Shown: positions 21,758 through 32,986 of the stretch, piece by piece
Layout of the letters: every line of letters begins with the position of its first letter
How positions within the stretch are numbered: position 1 is the first letter of the stretch
Assembly: GCA_033723415.1 (NCBI GenBank)
Contig: JAWVXD010000006.1
Span: forward strand, 76,149 to 140,148
Length of the DNA stretch: 64,000 bases
From: Sulfurospirillaceae bacterium
Lineage (GTDB): Bacteria > Campylobacterota > Campylobacteria > Campylobacterales > Sulfurospirillaceae
Direction: 5' to 3'
The notes under the pieces: model-generated
The model's input: only the letters and a program-made list of their open reading frames with translations
Told to the model about the DNA's origin: nothing
Databases searched by the model: none
Position numbers and translations under genes: made by a program

Positions 21758-23851
21758 TTATACTAAACTAAGCCCGACTTTTCCTTTTTCATATTCAACT
21801 GATACGACTTCGATTTTGGGTAAGTATTGATTTAACGCTAATACCTCAAGTGGATGTGCTATTCTCTTTTCACTCATCTTTGAGATGTGGATCATCCCGT
21901 CATTTTTCAACCCTATATCCACAAATGCTCCAAAATCCGTGATATTTCTCACAATACCCGATACAAAGCTGCCCTCTTTTAACATTTTGATATCCGTGAT
22001 GTCATTTTTAAACGGGATCGGCGGGAGTTCCACTCTGGGGTCAAAACCCGGTTTTTTCAGCTCAAAGATGATGTCTTTGAGCGTCGCTTCGCCGATGCCT
22101 AGAGCTTGCGCACTCTCACTAACACTCAGGTGATCCAAATCCATCGTTTCTAGTTTCTTGGCCACTTCATAGCTTTCAGGGTGAATCCCACTGTTGTCAA
22201 ACAGATTCTTGCCCTCTTTGATGCGAATAAATCCAGCGGCTTGTTCGTACGCTTTTTTACCCAAGCCTTTAACGTTTAAGAGGTCTGATTTGGTGTGAAA
22301 ATTCCCCTTTTCATTGCGATATTGTAAGATATTGGCTGCGAGACCTGAGCTGATGCCTGCCACATAAGAAAGAAGCGACAAAGAAGCCGAGTTGATATCG
22401 ACACCCACGCGATTGACCAAGTCTGTTGTAACATCGCCTAGCTTTTTTTCTAAAAGTTTTTGATTCACGTCATGTTGATACTGACCGATGCCTAGTGACT
22501 TTGGATCGATCTTGACAAAAGTAGCCATAGGGTCTCTTAATCTCTGAGCTATAGAGATCGCTCCTCTTATGGTCACATCAAGTTTGGGATATTCATCTTG
22601 AGCAAGCTTGGAAGCAGAATAAACCGAAGCCCCCGCTTCTGAGACAACCGTATAATCAAGCTTGATGCCCTCTTGATTGAGCTTTGCAAAAAACTCCTGC
22701 GTTTCCCTTGAAGCGGTACCGTTGCCGATGGCAACAGCCGTGATGTGGTACTTTTTGGTTAATTCAATGATTTTATTTTTAGAATTTTCATACTCATTTT
22801 TCGGCTGTGTCGGATAGATCACGGCGTGCTCTAAATAATTGCCGTTTTCATCGATAACGGCTAGCTTACATCCGCTCACAAATGCGGGATCTACGCCTAA
22901 GATCACTCTTTTGGTCACAGGCGGCGTCATGAGAAGCTGAGCGAGATTTTTACCAAAAACACTCACGGCAGACTCATCGGCACGCTCTTTCAAGATATGG
23001 TGCACTTCACGCTCGATGGAAGGGAAAAGCAATCTTTTAAAGCCGTCCATATACGCATCAAAGAGCAACTCTTTGGAAGTGGAAGCATTTTGAGGGATAT
23101 TGTGTCGTTTGATGTCTTGTTCAACTCGCTCAATATCTATAGATATTTTAACACTCAACTCTTTTTCATTGACTCCTCGCATGATCGCTAAGTAGCGATG
23201 TGAGGGAATGGTTGCTACTTTTTCACTTTTATCTACAAAATTTTTAAAGAGTCCATTTTCTTGAAAATTTTTCGTTTTTTTGATCTCTAAAATTCCAACA
23301 CGTTGCAAACTCTCTCTTAAAGCTTCCCTGGTACTTGGCTCTTCGGCATATCTTTGTGCCAAAATATCCTTGGCTCCGGTGATAGCATCATCAATCGAAG
23401 TGATGTGATCATTTAAAAAATCTTTGGCTTTTGATCTAAACTCTGCCGTACTGAGTTTTGCACTTTGCAGGATATTCGCCAATCCTTCCAAGCCATGCGC
23501 GATCGCAACTCCGGCACGTGAGGTTTTGTTTTCCTTGAACGGTCTGTAGATGTCCTCTAAAACTCTCAGATTGTCCGCCTCATCGATGCTTTTTTGTATC
23601 GCAGCACTCAAGTTCGCTCGTTCGCTGATGAGCCTTGCGATCTCCTCTTTTTTTTCCAAAAGTCTTTTACTGCTTATGTAGATCGTCTCGAACTCACGAA
23701 GCGTCTCATCACTCGCTCCTCCGGTCATCTCTTTGCGATACCGTGCGATAAAGGGGATGGTGGAGCCCTCTTCTAAAAGTTTTAAGATATTTTGGATCTG
23801 CTCTTTGGTCAGTTTTGTTTTTTTTACGAGATGGGTGATCAACTTGTTCAT
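21758..23851 (-). CDS. tex: Tex-like S1 RNA-binding protein
   Basis: TIPFIARYRKE, GVDPAF, AIGNGTASRET, EAGASVYSAS, GQYQHDV, C-terminal S1. Confidence 0.93.
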   Translation of the reverse strand: MNKLITHLVKKTKLTKEQIQNILKLLEEGSTIPFIARYRKEMTGGASDETLREFETIYISSKRLLEKKEEIARLISERANLSAAIQKSIDEADNLRVLEDIYRPFKENKTSRAGVAIAHGLEGLANILQSAKLSTAEFRSKAKDFLNDHITSIDDAITGAKDILAQRYAEEPSTREALRESLQRVGILEIKKTKNFQENGLFKNFVDKSEKVATIPSHRYLAIMRGVNEKELSVKISIDIERVEQDIKRHNIPQNASTSKELLFDAYMDGFKRLLFPSIEREVHHILKERADESAVSVFGKNLAQLLMTPPVTKRVILGVDPAFVSGCKLAVIDENGNYLEHAVIYPTQPKNEYENSKNKIIELTKKYHITAVAIGNGTASRETQEFFAKLNQEGIKLDYTVVSEAGASVYSASKLAQDEYPKLDVTIRGAISIAQRLRDPMATFVKIDPKSLGIGQYQHDVNQKLLEKKLGDVTTDLVNRVGVDINSASLSLLSYVAGISSGLAANILQYRNEKGNFHTKSDLLNVKGLGKKAYEQAAGFIRIKEGKNLFDNSGIHPESYEVAKKLETMDLDHLSVSESAQALGIGEATLKDIIFELKKPGFDPRVELPPIPFKNDITDIKMLKEGSFVSGIVRNITDFGAFVDIGLKNDGMIHISKMSEKRIAHPLEVLALNQYLPKIEVVSVEYEKGKVGLSLV

Positions 23852-24016
23852 GAATAATCTCTTTAACATATATTTTTTTGTTTGCAATAGTATCATTTCA
23901 ACTATAAAAGTTGAGAATTAAAGTAATAAAACTAGTAATAAAGGTATTTGCCTCTTTACATTTCATGTGAAAACCATATAGATCTACAAAAATGTGATAA
24001 AATATATAAATAAACT

Positions 24017-26116
24017 ATGGATGTATCTAATAAAATGAAAAAAAATATAAAAAATCAAGAAGATATCAAAAGTAATATGTCATATAAAGATAGAATTGCA
24101 TATCGTTATAATGCTATTATAGAAACTACCAGTGATGGATTTTGGGTTACTGATATTGAAGGGAATTTTTTAGAAGTAAATAATTCATTTTGCAAACTAT
24201 CAGGCTATAGCAAAGAAGAACTACTGAGTATGAATATCTCATATATCGAAGCTGCAGAATCTGCCAAAGATACAAAAGAACATATAGAAAAGATTATTCA
24301 GTCCACTTTCAGCGATAGGTTTGAAACAAAACATCGCAAAAAAAACGGTGATATCTATAATGCAGAGATCACGACTACATTCTCTATGATAAATGGAGGA
24401 AGATTTTTCGTTTTTATTAGAGATATTAGTGAACGTAAAAAAAGTGAAAAAGAGCTGATCCTTGCAGCAAAAGTCTTTTCTACTATGACAAACGGCGTCG
24501 TCATAACAGATGCATCTCAAAAGATCATAAATGCAAATAAAGCTTTTTGTGACAATATGGGATATACAAAAGAAGAGGTATTGGGGCAGAAACCTTCATT
24601 CTTGAGTTCTGGATGGCATGATGCTTATTTTTATAAAGAAATGTGGAAAGAGATAAATAAGAAAGGAAGATGGCAAGGAGAGATCATTGATCGTAAAAAA
24701 AACGGTGAACTTTACATATCAGAAACCTCTATAGTCTCTCTTGAGGACAAAGACGGGAACATTACCAATTATATAGCAGTCTCAAGCGATATAACGCTTA
24801 AGAAAGAACAAGAAAAGGTCATCAACAATCTGGCATATTATGATGGACTTACAAAACTGCCGAATAGAATCTTTTTCGAAGATAGATTTAACAGAAAAAT
24901 AAATCTTGCAAAAAAGAAAAAGAGAAATCTTGCTCTTCTTTTCATAGATTTGGATAATTTTAAGAACATAAACAATACTTTTGGTCATCTTATAGGTGAC
25001 AAATTTTTGCAAAATGCAGCAAAAAGGCTACAGGAGATCACTAGAGAAGAAGATGTTATAGGACGTTTTGGCGGTGATGAATTCATAATATTGATTGAAG
25101 ATTTTGTAGAGCTATCTGACTTGGCAATACTTGCAAATAAGATAGTAGAAGCTTTTAACCAACCTTTTCAAGTGGACAGAAATAAGTTTTTTTCAGGTGC
25201 GAGTATAGGCATAAGCGTTTTCCCTGATAATGGAGCTTCATATCATGAGCTTATGAAAGCTGCCGATACTGCTATGTACTATGTTAAGTCATCAGGCAAA
25301 AGTGGTTATGAATTTTACTCTAAGATTATGAGTGAAACCGTATCCGCTCGTATGAAACTTAGCAACAATCTGCGCAATGCTTTGGAAAATGAAGAATTTA
25401 CTCTATTTTATCAACCTAAAATTGATCTTTCGACAAATACTATTTATGGCATGGAGTCGCTTTTGCGTTGGAACAATGCAAACCTAGGTGCTGTTTCTCC
25501 AGATCAGTTTATACCTGTATTAGAAGAAAGCGGACAGATATACAGTGTAGGATTATGGGTCATAAGACAAGCTCTAAATGATACAAAAATACTACACAGT
25601 TTAGGTTTCTCTGATTTGATCGTTTCTATCAATGTCTCCTACTTTCAAATACAAAATGATAATTTTTTAGCAGACCTTAAAAATATCGTAACCGAAATAG
25701 GAATAAAAAAAACTCATATAGAGCTTGAGATCACTGAAACTCAGATCATGAATAATATTGAATCAGCCTTGGTAAAACTCAACGAGATTACGAGTTATGG
25801 CATCAAGATTTCTATTGATGATTTTGGGACAGGTTATTCATCACTAAGCTATCTAAAGCAACTTCCTGCCGATACTATAAAGATAGATAAGAGTTTTGTT
25901 TTGGATATAGACAAAGATGAAGATGACAAATCTATCGTAAAAGCCATCATAGCTCTCTCTGAGTCACTAAATAAAAATGTGATAGCAGAAGGCTCTGAGA
26001 CACAAGCTCATATAGATACTCTAAAGGAATTAGGATGTAAAAGAGTACAAGGGTTCTTTTATTCTAAACCTCTTCCATATGATGCTTTTTTGATATATCT
26101 TAAAAATTTTAAATAA
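24017..26116 (+). CDS. PAS-PAS-GGDEF-EAL c-di-GMP signalling protein
   Basis: two PAS domains, RFGGDEF, ESLLRW, IDDFGTGYSSL. Confidence 0.93.
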   Translation: MDVSNKMKKNIKNQEDIKSNMSYKDRIAYRYNAIIETTSDGFWVTDIEGNFLEVNNSFCKLSGYSKEELLSMNISYIEAAESAKDTKEHIEKIIQSTFSDRFETKHRKKNGDIYNAEITTTFSMINGGRFFVFIRDISERKKSEKELILAAKVFSTMTNGVVITDASQKIINANKAFCDNMGYTKEEVLGQKPSFLSSGWHDAYFYKEMWKEINKKGRWQGEIIDRKKNGELYISETSIVSLEDKDGNITNYIAVSSDITLKKEQEKVINNLAYYDGLTKLPNRIFFEDRFNRKINLAKKKKRNLALLFIDLDNFKNINNTFGHLIGDKFLQNAAKRLQEITREEDVIGRFGGDEFIILIEDFVELSDLAILANKIVEAFNQPFQVDRNKFFSGASIGISVFPDNGASYHELMKAADTAMYYVKSSGKSGYEFYSKIMSETVSARMKLSNNLRNALENEEFTLFYQPKIDLSTNTIYGMESLLRWNNANLGAVSPDQFIPVLEESGQIYSVGLWVIRQALNDTKILHSLGFSDLIVSINVSYFQIQNDNFLADLKNIVTEIGIKKTHIELEITETQIMNNIESALVKLNEITSYGIKISIDDFGTGYSSLSYLKQLPADTIKIDKSFVLDIDKDEDDKSIVKAIIALSESLNKNVIAEGSETQAHIDTLKELGCKRVQGFFYSKPLPYDAFLIYLKNFK

Positions 26117-26178
26117 AGAATTTTTAGCTTGATTCTTATATTCACGCGCAATTAAGTGCTATTTTGTTACACTTTGTT

Positions 26179-27102
26179 ATGAAAAAAAATAGAACTTATT
26201 TTGCCTCAAACATCAATGAAAATGAAATAGGCATGATCCTTATGTGTATTGCCGTGTTGACCATACCCTTTAGTGATGCACTCGCAAAATGGCTCTCACA
26301 ATGGCTCTCACCTATCGTTATAACATGGGGACGTTACGCTTTTCACATATTGATTTTATTACCTTTTTTCCTTAAAAAAGATAAACATAAAAGAGTTTTT
26401 AACCCTAAGTTTATTTTACTCGGCGGTTTGATAGCAACTTCAACCGTACTTTTATACTTTGGCGTGATGCACCTGCCTTTGGCAAACAACATCGCACTTT
26501 TTTTTATAGAACCTTTATTACTGACCATCATATCGGTATTTTGGCTCAAAGAGAAGATCATAACAAAACAGTGGTTAGCCTTGATCGCAGGTTTTATAGG
26601 GGTATTGATAGTTTTACGTCCAAACTGGTCGGCTTATGGTATATACTCTTTTTATCCCATCGGTGCAGCTATCTGTTATGCTGTATACTTGTCCCTGGTT
26701 CGAGAGATTAAAGAAAAAGATGCTGTTCTACTGCAGTTTTACTCCTCTTTTGTAGCATTTTGCCTCTTAAGTATTCTTGTCCTTTTAGGGAGTTTTGATA
26801 TTTTATCACTTGATATAACACTCCCAAATCTAAGAGAATGGGGCTGGATAGCAATACTCGGAGTTTCAACAACTATTGTATATCTTCTCTTTATTACGGC
26901 TTTTCACCATAGCAATGCAAGTACTTTAGCTCCTTTCCAATATATGGAGATTATAACAGCCTCACTTCTTGGCTGGTTGATCTTTGAACATATCCCAGAT
27001 ATTTTTACACTGATCGGCACTATTGTCATCGTTGGCGCAGGATTATATATCTTCAAAACTCAAAGAAGGTTTGCAACTGATGCTGCAAAACCCATGGAGT
27101 AA
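26179..27102 (+). CDS. DMT/EamA family transporter
   Basis: about 10 TM segments, ASTLAPFQY. Confidence 0.85.
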   Translation: MKKNRTYFASNINENEIGMILMCIAVLTIPFSDALAKWLSQWLSPIVITWGRYAFHILILLPFFLKKDKHKRVFNPKFILLGGLIATSTVLLYFGVMHLPLANNIALFFIEPLLLTIISVFWLKEKIITKQWLALIAGFIGVLIVLRPNWSAYGIYSFYPIGAAICYAVYLSLVREIKEKDAVLLQFYSSFVAFCLLSILVLLGSFDILSLDITLPNLREWGWIAILGVSTTIVYLLFITAFHHSNASTLAPFQYMEIITASLLGWLIFEHIPDIFTLIGTIVIVGAGLYIFKTQRRFATDAAKPME

Positions 27103-27194
27103 ACGATACACCAACACATATATAATAAAAAGCTTGCCTACTAAATATCAAAAAATTTAGATAAAATTAAAAAAATATATCAAGAGGGTCAGTC

Positions 27195-27743
27195 ATGATA
27201 AAGATGTTGTTAATATGCACGTTAGTTGTTTCAAGTTTTGCAAGCGGATTAATAAATGAAAATATTTTGATGGGGATGCCACAAAATTTCAAGGTCGGAT
27301 ACAAAGCATACAATCCCAAAACTCATCTATCTGTCGCCGAACTCATACCTAAAAACGAAAGTGTGCAAGATTGGTCTCAAATGATCACCTTGGACATCTA
27401 CCACAAAAATTTACCGCTGAATGCTAAAAAATACACTCTCATGATGAAAGATTTATGGAAACGAAGTTGTGCAAAAAGTTATACAAAAGACATAGCGCAT
27501 GGAAAAGAAAATGGATACGATTTTTCTCTTTTGATGCTCTTTTGTCCAAAAAGCAAAGTCACGAATAAAAGTGAATATACTTGGCTAAAGGCCATAAAAG
27601 GCAAAGACAGTTTTTACGTAGTCCAAAAAGCTTTCACCATACCACCAAACAAAAGCCAAATCATAAAGACTATGCAATATCTAAGAAGAGTACAAGTTTG
27701 CGACTCAAGACTTGGGAATTGTCCTAAGATAGGAAAACATTAG
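27195..27743 (+). CDS. exported hypothetical protein
   Basis: signal peptide, ELIPKNESVQDWSQMIT, Cys residues. Confidence 0.6.
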   Translation: MIKMLLICTLVVSSFASGLINENILMGMPQNFKVGYKAYNPKTHLSVAELIPKNESVQDWSQMITLDIYHKNLPLNAKKYTLMMKDLWKRSCAKSYTKDIAHGKENGYDFSLLMLFCPKSKVTNKSEYTWLKAIKGKDSFYVVQKAFTIPPNKSQIIKTMQYLRRVQVCDSRLGNCPKIGKH

Positions 27744-27777
27744 GATATAAATAACATATAAAATGATCGATATGTTC

Positions 27778-28098
27778 TTATCTCTTTTCTAAAATTTCCT
27801 TTTTTTCTTCATACTCTTTTTTATCTATTTCACCATTGGCAAATCTCTGATCAAGTATATCTCTTGCTGAGGGGGCATGTTTATCATTCTCATCTTGATT
27901 GTTTTTTTTATTGAACATATAGTATACGACTACACCTATCAAAATCAGTACCACCCAACTAAAGCCCATGCCGATTCCTCCTTTCATCATCCAATATCCA
28001 ATCATACCCTCTTCGTCATTTGTACTTCCACTTTGTGCAAATACATTTGTCACGAGCGAACTAATTAAAAATACCTCCATGATAAACTTATTTTTCAT
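27778..28098 (-). CDS. SHOCT-domain membrane protein
   Basis: signal + TM; ILDQRFANGEIDKKEYEEKK. Confidence 0.8.
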   Translation of the reverse strand: MKNKFIMEVFLISSLVTNVFAQSGSTNDEEGMIGYWMMKGGIGMGFSWVVLILIGVVVYYMFNKKNNQDENDKHAPSARDILDQRFANGEIDKKEYEEKKEILEKR

Positions 28099-28209
28099 AG
28101 TAGCTCCTTTTTGTAACTTACAGTTGACCATCATATCAGCGTCTTCTTGTTCAATAATATGACAATTTTAAGCTTATTGTATTTCATAAATCAGACTCAC
28201 TTATGTATA

Positions 28210-28593
28210 TCATATCCAAGTATTGATAATGGCCTGTACTTTATGAAAAATTGTTTGCATATACGTTTTCATTTCACTATCTAATTCAAAATTTTTCAAT
28301 ATGCCGTCTATACGAATCGTGCTCAATGTTGTTTTACCGTCTTCTTCATACAAAGAAATACGACAAGGTAAGAAAACTGAAACTTCTGGATATTTATCTA
28401 AAATTGTGTGCGCAGCAGATGGATTGCAAATTTCAAATACTGTTATGTCTTTTTCTATTGGATAGCCTTTTGATTGAAGAATTTCTTTAAAATGATACTC
28501 TTTTAAGATGCCAAATCCCTGTTCTTCAACACGCATGGCTATATCTTTTTTCACACTCTCAATGCTACTTTTTGTGTTGATCGTATAAAGCAT
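28210..28593 (-). CDS. DUF302 family protein
   Basis: GFGIL, FEICNP, FLPCRISLYE. Confidence 0.85.
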   Translation of the reverse strand: MLYTINTKSSIESVKKDIAMRVEEQGFGILKEYHFKEILQSKGYPIEKDITVFEICNPSAAHTILDKYPEVSVFLPCRISLYEEDGKTTLSTIRIDGILKNFELDSEMKTYMQTIFHKVQAIINTWI

Positions 28594-28776
28594 TTTTTAT
28601 ATCCTTTTTTTCAATTATTATACCAATCAAAAGTGTACTCTGTGTGTAACAATAGACTTATCAGCATCAATTATATAGGAAAATGGTTTTTCTTACGAAA
28701 ATAACTAAACCTAAATTAAATCAATATATAAAATCTTTTATTTCACATTTTTTGCTTATTTATTAGGTAAAAATTG

Positions 28777-28806
28777 TTGACTTTGTAAATACAATAATAG
28801 TATAAT
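28777..28806 (+). promoter_or_regulatory. sigma70-type promoter of MCP gene
   Basis: TTGACT-N18-TATAAT. Confidence 0.5.
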
Positions 28807-28882
28807 CATTTGGCATTATAATTATAATTAATAAAAGTCCTAATATCAAAATATCATTCGTTTTAATAAGGAGAGTCGTTAC

Positions 28883-30574
28883 ATGTCCGATCAATTTGAA
28901 AATAATTCTTCAATTCGTAATCAGTACCCGGATGCCCCGGCATTATTTGTAGCAATACTTAGTTATATTTTTGGTTTTTTTATCGTTTTCGTTTTGCAAA
29001 ATGCAAGGCTCAATGCTTATACTATGGCTTTCATCCTTATCAGTATGGTGTTGGCAATCATTTGGGCACTGGTTCACTACCGTATCGTGGTACCTTTTTC
29101 AAAAATTTCTACTATGAATATCGAGGCAGAAAATTTACAAGAAAATGCTCTTTTTAAACACAAAATCTTAGGACCTGTTATAAAGAAAACCATAAAAAGC
29201 ACTCAGTCTTTTTTAGAGGTTATTTTATCTATAAGCCATATTGTTGATGAAAATGCCATCTCTTTGGCACAGACCTCTTTTCATACAGATCAACTAAACC
29301 AGCAGATGAAGACCCTAGCCGATAAAGGCACAAAGATCACAGCCTCTTCTCATATCATTGCCGAAACGTCTACACAAGTAAGCTCAAGTGCAGTACTGGC
29401 GGCGAAATCTGCAAAACAAGCTCAAGATGACTCACGTATGGGACAAGATGCTCTCAAAAAGATCATCGAAGAGATGCGCAACATGACCGAACAAACACAA
29501 GTAACCTCAACTTCAATTGACAAACTTAAAGGCAGTTCAAAACAGATCGAAGATATCATCCAAGTTATCGCAGACATTGCTGACCAGACAAATCTCCTCT
29601 CTCTTAACGCAGCCATAGAAGCAGCCCGTGCAGGAGAACATGGACGTGGATTTGCAGTGGTTGCCGATGAAGTAAGAAACCTTGCAGACAAAACATCTTC
29701 TGCCACAAATGAAATATACAGTAACGTTAGGGTGATTATGGGACAAACCGATGATGCCGTCAAAAGGATGGGTGAATTGCTCGGTTATGTACAAAAAAGT
29801 GAAGATATGATCGAAAACGTAGGTCAAAGATTAGAGGGGATTTTAAACTTTTCAGGCGTTCTCTCAGATCAAATGCAAGGTATTGTGAAACTTGCCGAAC
29901 AATCATCAGAAGAAGTAAGTTCAATATCTACAAGTTTAGTGGATATGCAGGATAATTTGGAAGACTTTGCGCAGCAAATGAACGCTATCTCAGATCAATC
30001 CATGGAACTATGCGAATTAGGAGAAGGTATGCACGAAAAGTTGGCAAATCTTCATCTTGACACCATTCACAGCCGCTTTTTTAAAGTTGCAAAAACTGCC
30101 GCAGACACCTTAGGAAAAACTTTTGAAGATGCTATATCAAGTGGACAAATAGGAACAGAGGATCTCTTCGATCACGATTATCGTCCGGTTCCAAATACAA
30201 ATCCACAAAAATACACTTCACGTTTTGATGCCATAGCCCAAAAACTACTGCCACCTGTTCAGGAAGGAACTCTCAAATCAAATCCGGAACTACTTTATGC
30301 AGTGAGTGTAGATACAAAGGGTTACGTGCCTAGACACAATGATAAGTATTCAAAACCGCATACGAGTAACTACAACGACAACCTGCTATACAGCCGTAGC
30401 AATCAAGTATATACCGATCGTGCCGCTACTAGAAGTAGTCAAAACACTAAGAGTATGCTTCTGCAAACTTACAAACGCAACACCGGTGAAGTCACACATG
30501 ATCTCTCAGTGCCTATTTACGTAAAAGGTCGCCACTGGGGTACTTTCCGTGTGGGATATACAAGTAATTCTTAG
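28883..30574 (+). CDS. methyl-accepting chemotaxis protein
   Basis: [35 protein letters not shown]-terminal YKRNTGE...HWG domain. Confidence 0.93.
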   Translation: MSDQFENNSSIRNQYPDAPALFVAILSYIFGFFIVFVLQNARLNAYTMAFILISMVLAIIWALVHYRIVVPFSKISTMNIEAENLQENALFKHKILGPVIKKTIKSTQSFLEVILSISHIVDENAISLAQTSFHTDQLNQQMKTLADKGTKITASSHIIAETSTQVSSSAVLAAKSAKQAQDDSRMGQDALKKIIEEMRNMTEQTQVTSTSIDKLKGSSKQIEDIIQVIADIADQTNLLSLNAAIEAARAGEHGRGFAVVADEVRNLADKTSSATNEIYSNVRVIMGQTDDAVKRMGELLGYVQKSEDMIENVGQRLEGILNFSGVLSDQMQGIVKLAEQSSEEVSSISTSLVDMQDNLEDFAQQMNAISDQSMELCELGEGMHEKLANLHLDTIHSRFFKVAKTAADTLGKTFEDAISSGQIGTEDLFDHDYRPVPNTNPQKYTSRFDAIAQKLLPPVQEGTLKSNPELLYAVSVDTKGYVPRHNDKYSKPHTSNYNDNLLYSRSNQVYTDRAATRSSQNTKSMLLQTYKRNTGEVTHDLSVPIYVKGRHWGTFRVGYTSNS

Positions 30575-30622
30575 TAAGTAATTGGATTATATTTTTAGTT
30601 TGAATCTTTAGATTAAAAACAC

Positions 30623-30647
30623 AATGGCGGACAGAGAGGGATTCGAA
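30623..30647 (-). repeat. att site: copy of tRNA(-Ser-like) 3' end, left boundary of inovirus
   Basis: AATGGCGGACAGAGAGGGATTCGAA, identical to 43533-43557; reverse complement reads TTCGAATCCCTCTCTGTCCGCCA (T-arm, acceptor, CCA). Confidence 0.9.
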
Positions 30648-30787
30648 AAAAGTGTACCCTATTCTAACCTTAAAATTCTATTATAGACATATTTATATTA
30701 TTTTATTTTTTATCGTTAAATATTGAAATTTTTAAGTAAAAATTTGGTATGATTTTACTTTCGCAAAAGAAACTAAAAGAAGACCAA

Positions 30788-32176
30788 ATGGAAAATTATA
30801 TAACATCAAAAAATGCTTCAAAAGAATTAAATGTAACAGAACAATATATACGGTTACTATGCAGAGAAAATAAAATTCATGCTGAGAAGGTTGGTAATTC
30901 TTGGTTAATAGAAAAAAATAGTTTTTTAAATTACAAAGAGCATACTATTGTAATGGATCAAGATAATGGATTATTAAATAATAAATCTAAGCCTAAAATA
31001 TTGAGTTTTTTTAGTGGTGCAATGGGACTTGATATTGGGTTAGAAAAAGCAGGTTTTAAAACAATTTTAGCTTGTGAAGTAGACAAATATTGTAGACAAA
31101 CAATTCAAAAAAATAAACCCAATATTGCACTTATTGGCGATATAAGAGATTATACAGCAAAAGACATATTAAAAGCGGCACGACTTTCAGAAAATGAAGA
31201 TATAGAATTGATTGTAGGGGGACCTCCTTGTCAAGCTTTTAGTACAGCAGGAAAAAGACAAGGCTTTGAAGATGAAAGAGGAAATGTATTTTTAACGTTT
31301 ATTGACAGAGCGATAAAATTAAATCCGAAGTTTCTAGTAATAGAAAATGTAAGAGGTTTATTATCCGCTCCTTATAAACCTCAAAAGTATTTAAAAAAAG
31401 GCATTGGATTGCCACCTAAAACACCAATAGATGAAAAAGGTGGAGCTCTTTTCTATATTATAAAAAAACTAGAAGATGCAGGATTTGGGGTATCTTTCGA
31501 ACTTTATAATTCAGCAAATTTTGGTACACCTCAAAAAAGAGAAAGAGTTATAATGATATGTAATAGAGATGGTAAAAAGATGCCTTATCTCACTCCTACA
31601 CATTCTGAAAATGGTGAATTTGGTTTGCCTAAGTGGAAAACATTTAAAGAGGCTATTAAAAACCTAAAAGTTGATACTCATTCTTATGTTCCTTTCTCTA
31701 AAAAGAGGTTATCTTATTATAACTATCTAAAACCAGGTGAATATTGGAAACATTTACCAGAAGAAATAAGAGAAGAGGCTATGGGTAAATCTTATTTTCT
31801 TGGAGGTGGCAAAACTGGTTTTTACAGACGACTTGATTGGAATAGCCCATCTCCTACATTAGTAACCCATCCAGCTATGCCTGCAACTTCATTAGCACAT
31901 CCAAATGAAAATAGACCTATAAGCGTTGAAGAATATAAAAGGATACAAGAATTTCCTGACAATTGGGAAATTTGTGGTAATATACTTCAACAGTATAAGC
32001 AAATTGGAAATGCTGTTCCTATAGGGGTCGGAAAAGCAATAGGAAAACTAATTTTGAACGAACTTAATGGTATAGAACATAAACAATATAAAGGTTTTAA
32101 ATATTCTAGATATAAAAATACCTGTGATATTTTATGGAGAGAATCCTACTTAAAAAAGATTCAATCATCACTCTAG
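30788..32176 (+). CDS. DNA (cytosine-5)-methyltransferase with N-terminal HTH
   Basis: SFFSGAMG (I), GGPPCQAFS (IV), ENVRG (VI), QKRERV (VIII), RIQEFP (IX), QIGNAVP (X); excisionase-like HTH in first ~50 aa. Confidence 0.93.
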   Translation: MENYITSKNASKELNVTEQYIRLLCRENKIHAEKVGNSWLIEKNSFLNYKEHTIVMDQDNGLLNNKSKPKILSFFSGAMGLDIGLEKAGFKTILACEVDKYCRQTIQKNKPNIALIGDIRDYTAKDILKAARLSENEDIELIVGGPPCQAFSTAGKRQGFEDERGNVFLTFIDRAIKLNPKFLVIENVRGLLSAPYKPQKYLKKGIGLPPKTPIDEKGGALFYIIKKLEDAGFGVSFELYNSANFGTPQKRERVIMICNRDGKKMPYLTPTHSENGEFGLPKWKTFKEAIKNLKVDTHSYVPFSKKRLSYYNYLKPGEYWKHLPEEIREEAMGKSYFLGGGKTGFYRRLDWNSPSPTLVTHPAMPATSLAHPNENRPISVEEYKRIQEFPDNWEICGNILQQYKQIGNAVPIGVGKAIGKLILNELNGIEHKQYKGFKYSRYKNTCDILWRESYLKKIQSSL

Positions 32177-32947
32177 AAAAGAGACAAATTCTCTTTCTAA
32201 GTCTAATATTAAATTCCTGGCTTGATCACAAATAATATTGTAAGGAATAGCTATTCTATTCCAAAAATCTTCTCCCGCTACTCTTGGTATGTTAGTATTT
32301 GAAAATGTCCAACTACTGTTATTGTTGAAGGCCGCACAAAAAACCGGATTCTGATGAATGCTAAGTTCTTGAACACTTCTAGATACTTGAGAACCAGTTA
32401 AAGTATTTTTTTGAGTTTTCAATTGAATATACTCTATAATATTTGTATTTATATTTAAAATTATTACGTCTATTCCTTTTATTTTTATATTGAATTCACT
32501 TTCTGGATTAATTGCATATGGACTTATATTAGCTATTGTTTCCCATAATGCTCCTGCGTCAGTACTGATAGTTCTAGTAACCTTATTTGAAAATGTTAAT
32601 TTTACAGCACCTGCCATTTCATATATATTCTTTGAAGAATTCACTAATTCAGTTGTCACTGGAAAACTATTTTTTAACTTAATTACTTCTTTTTCTTTAA
32701 AAATGTCTATTTTAGTGATAATTTCATTTGTTAAATTTTGAGTTTCTAAAATACTACCATTGGTCAAATTTGTATCTTCTACAACTTTTCTATTTATATA
32801 ATCTACAATAAAAGTATTTATTACATTTGATTTTGCACGTGCTTTTTCAATTTCATCAACTATAGTGTCATAATTTTGTATTTCTTGTAAAATTAATTCT
32901 TTTTTTCTTTGACGCGTTTCATTTATAAAACTATTTACATTAATCAC
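32168..32947 (-). CDS. putative Type II restriction endonuclease (PD-(D/E)xK)
   Basis: Convergent with and overlapping the MTase; GALWE...GIDV...IQLKT motif spacing. Confidence 0.7.
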   Translation of the reverse strand: MINVNSFINETRQRKKELILQEIQNYDTIVDEIEKARAKSNVINTFIVDYINRKVVEDTNLTNGSILETQNLTNEIITKIDIFKEKEVIKLKNSFPVTTELVNSSKNIYEMAGAVKLTFSNKVTRTISTDAGALWETIANISPYAINPESEFNIKIKGIDVIILNINTNIIEYIQLKTQKNTLTGSQVSRSVQELSIHQNPVFCAAFNNNSSWTFSNTNIPRVAGEDFWNRIAIPYNIICDQARNLILDLEREFVSFLE

Positions 32948-32986
32948 TAATCATCCTTTTTTTCCTTTTTTTCTTTTATAATGTTT

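Noticed and set aside
28815..28835. Fur/PerR-like box upstream of the MCP
   Set aside because: ATTATAATTATAAT is too low-complexity in this AT-rich genome to call
30661..30675. 15-bp match ATTCTAACCTTAAAA with 45842-45856
   Set aside because: AT-rich and short; may be chance or a common promoter element, and no further homology is visible
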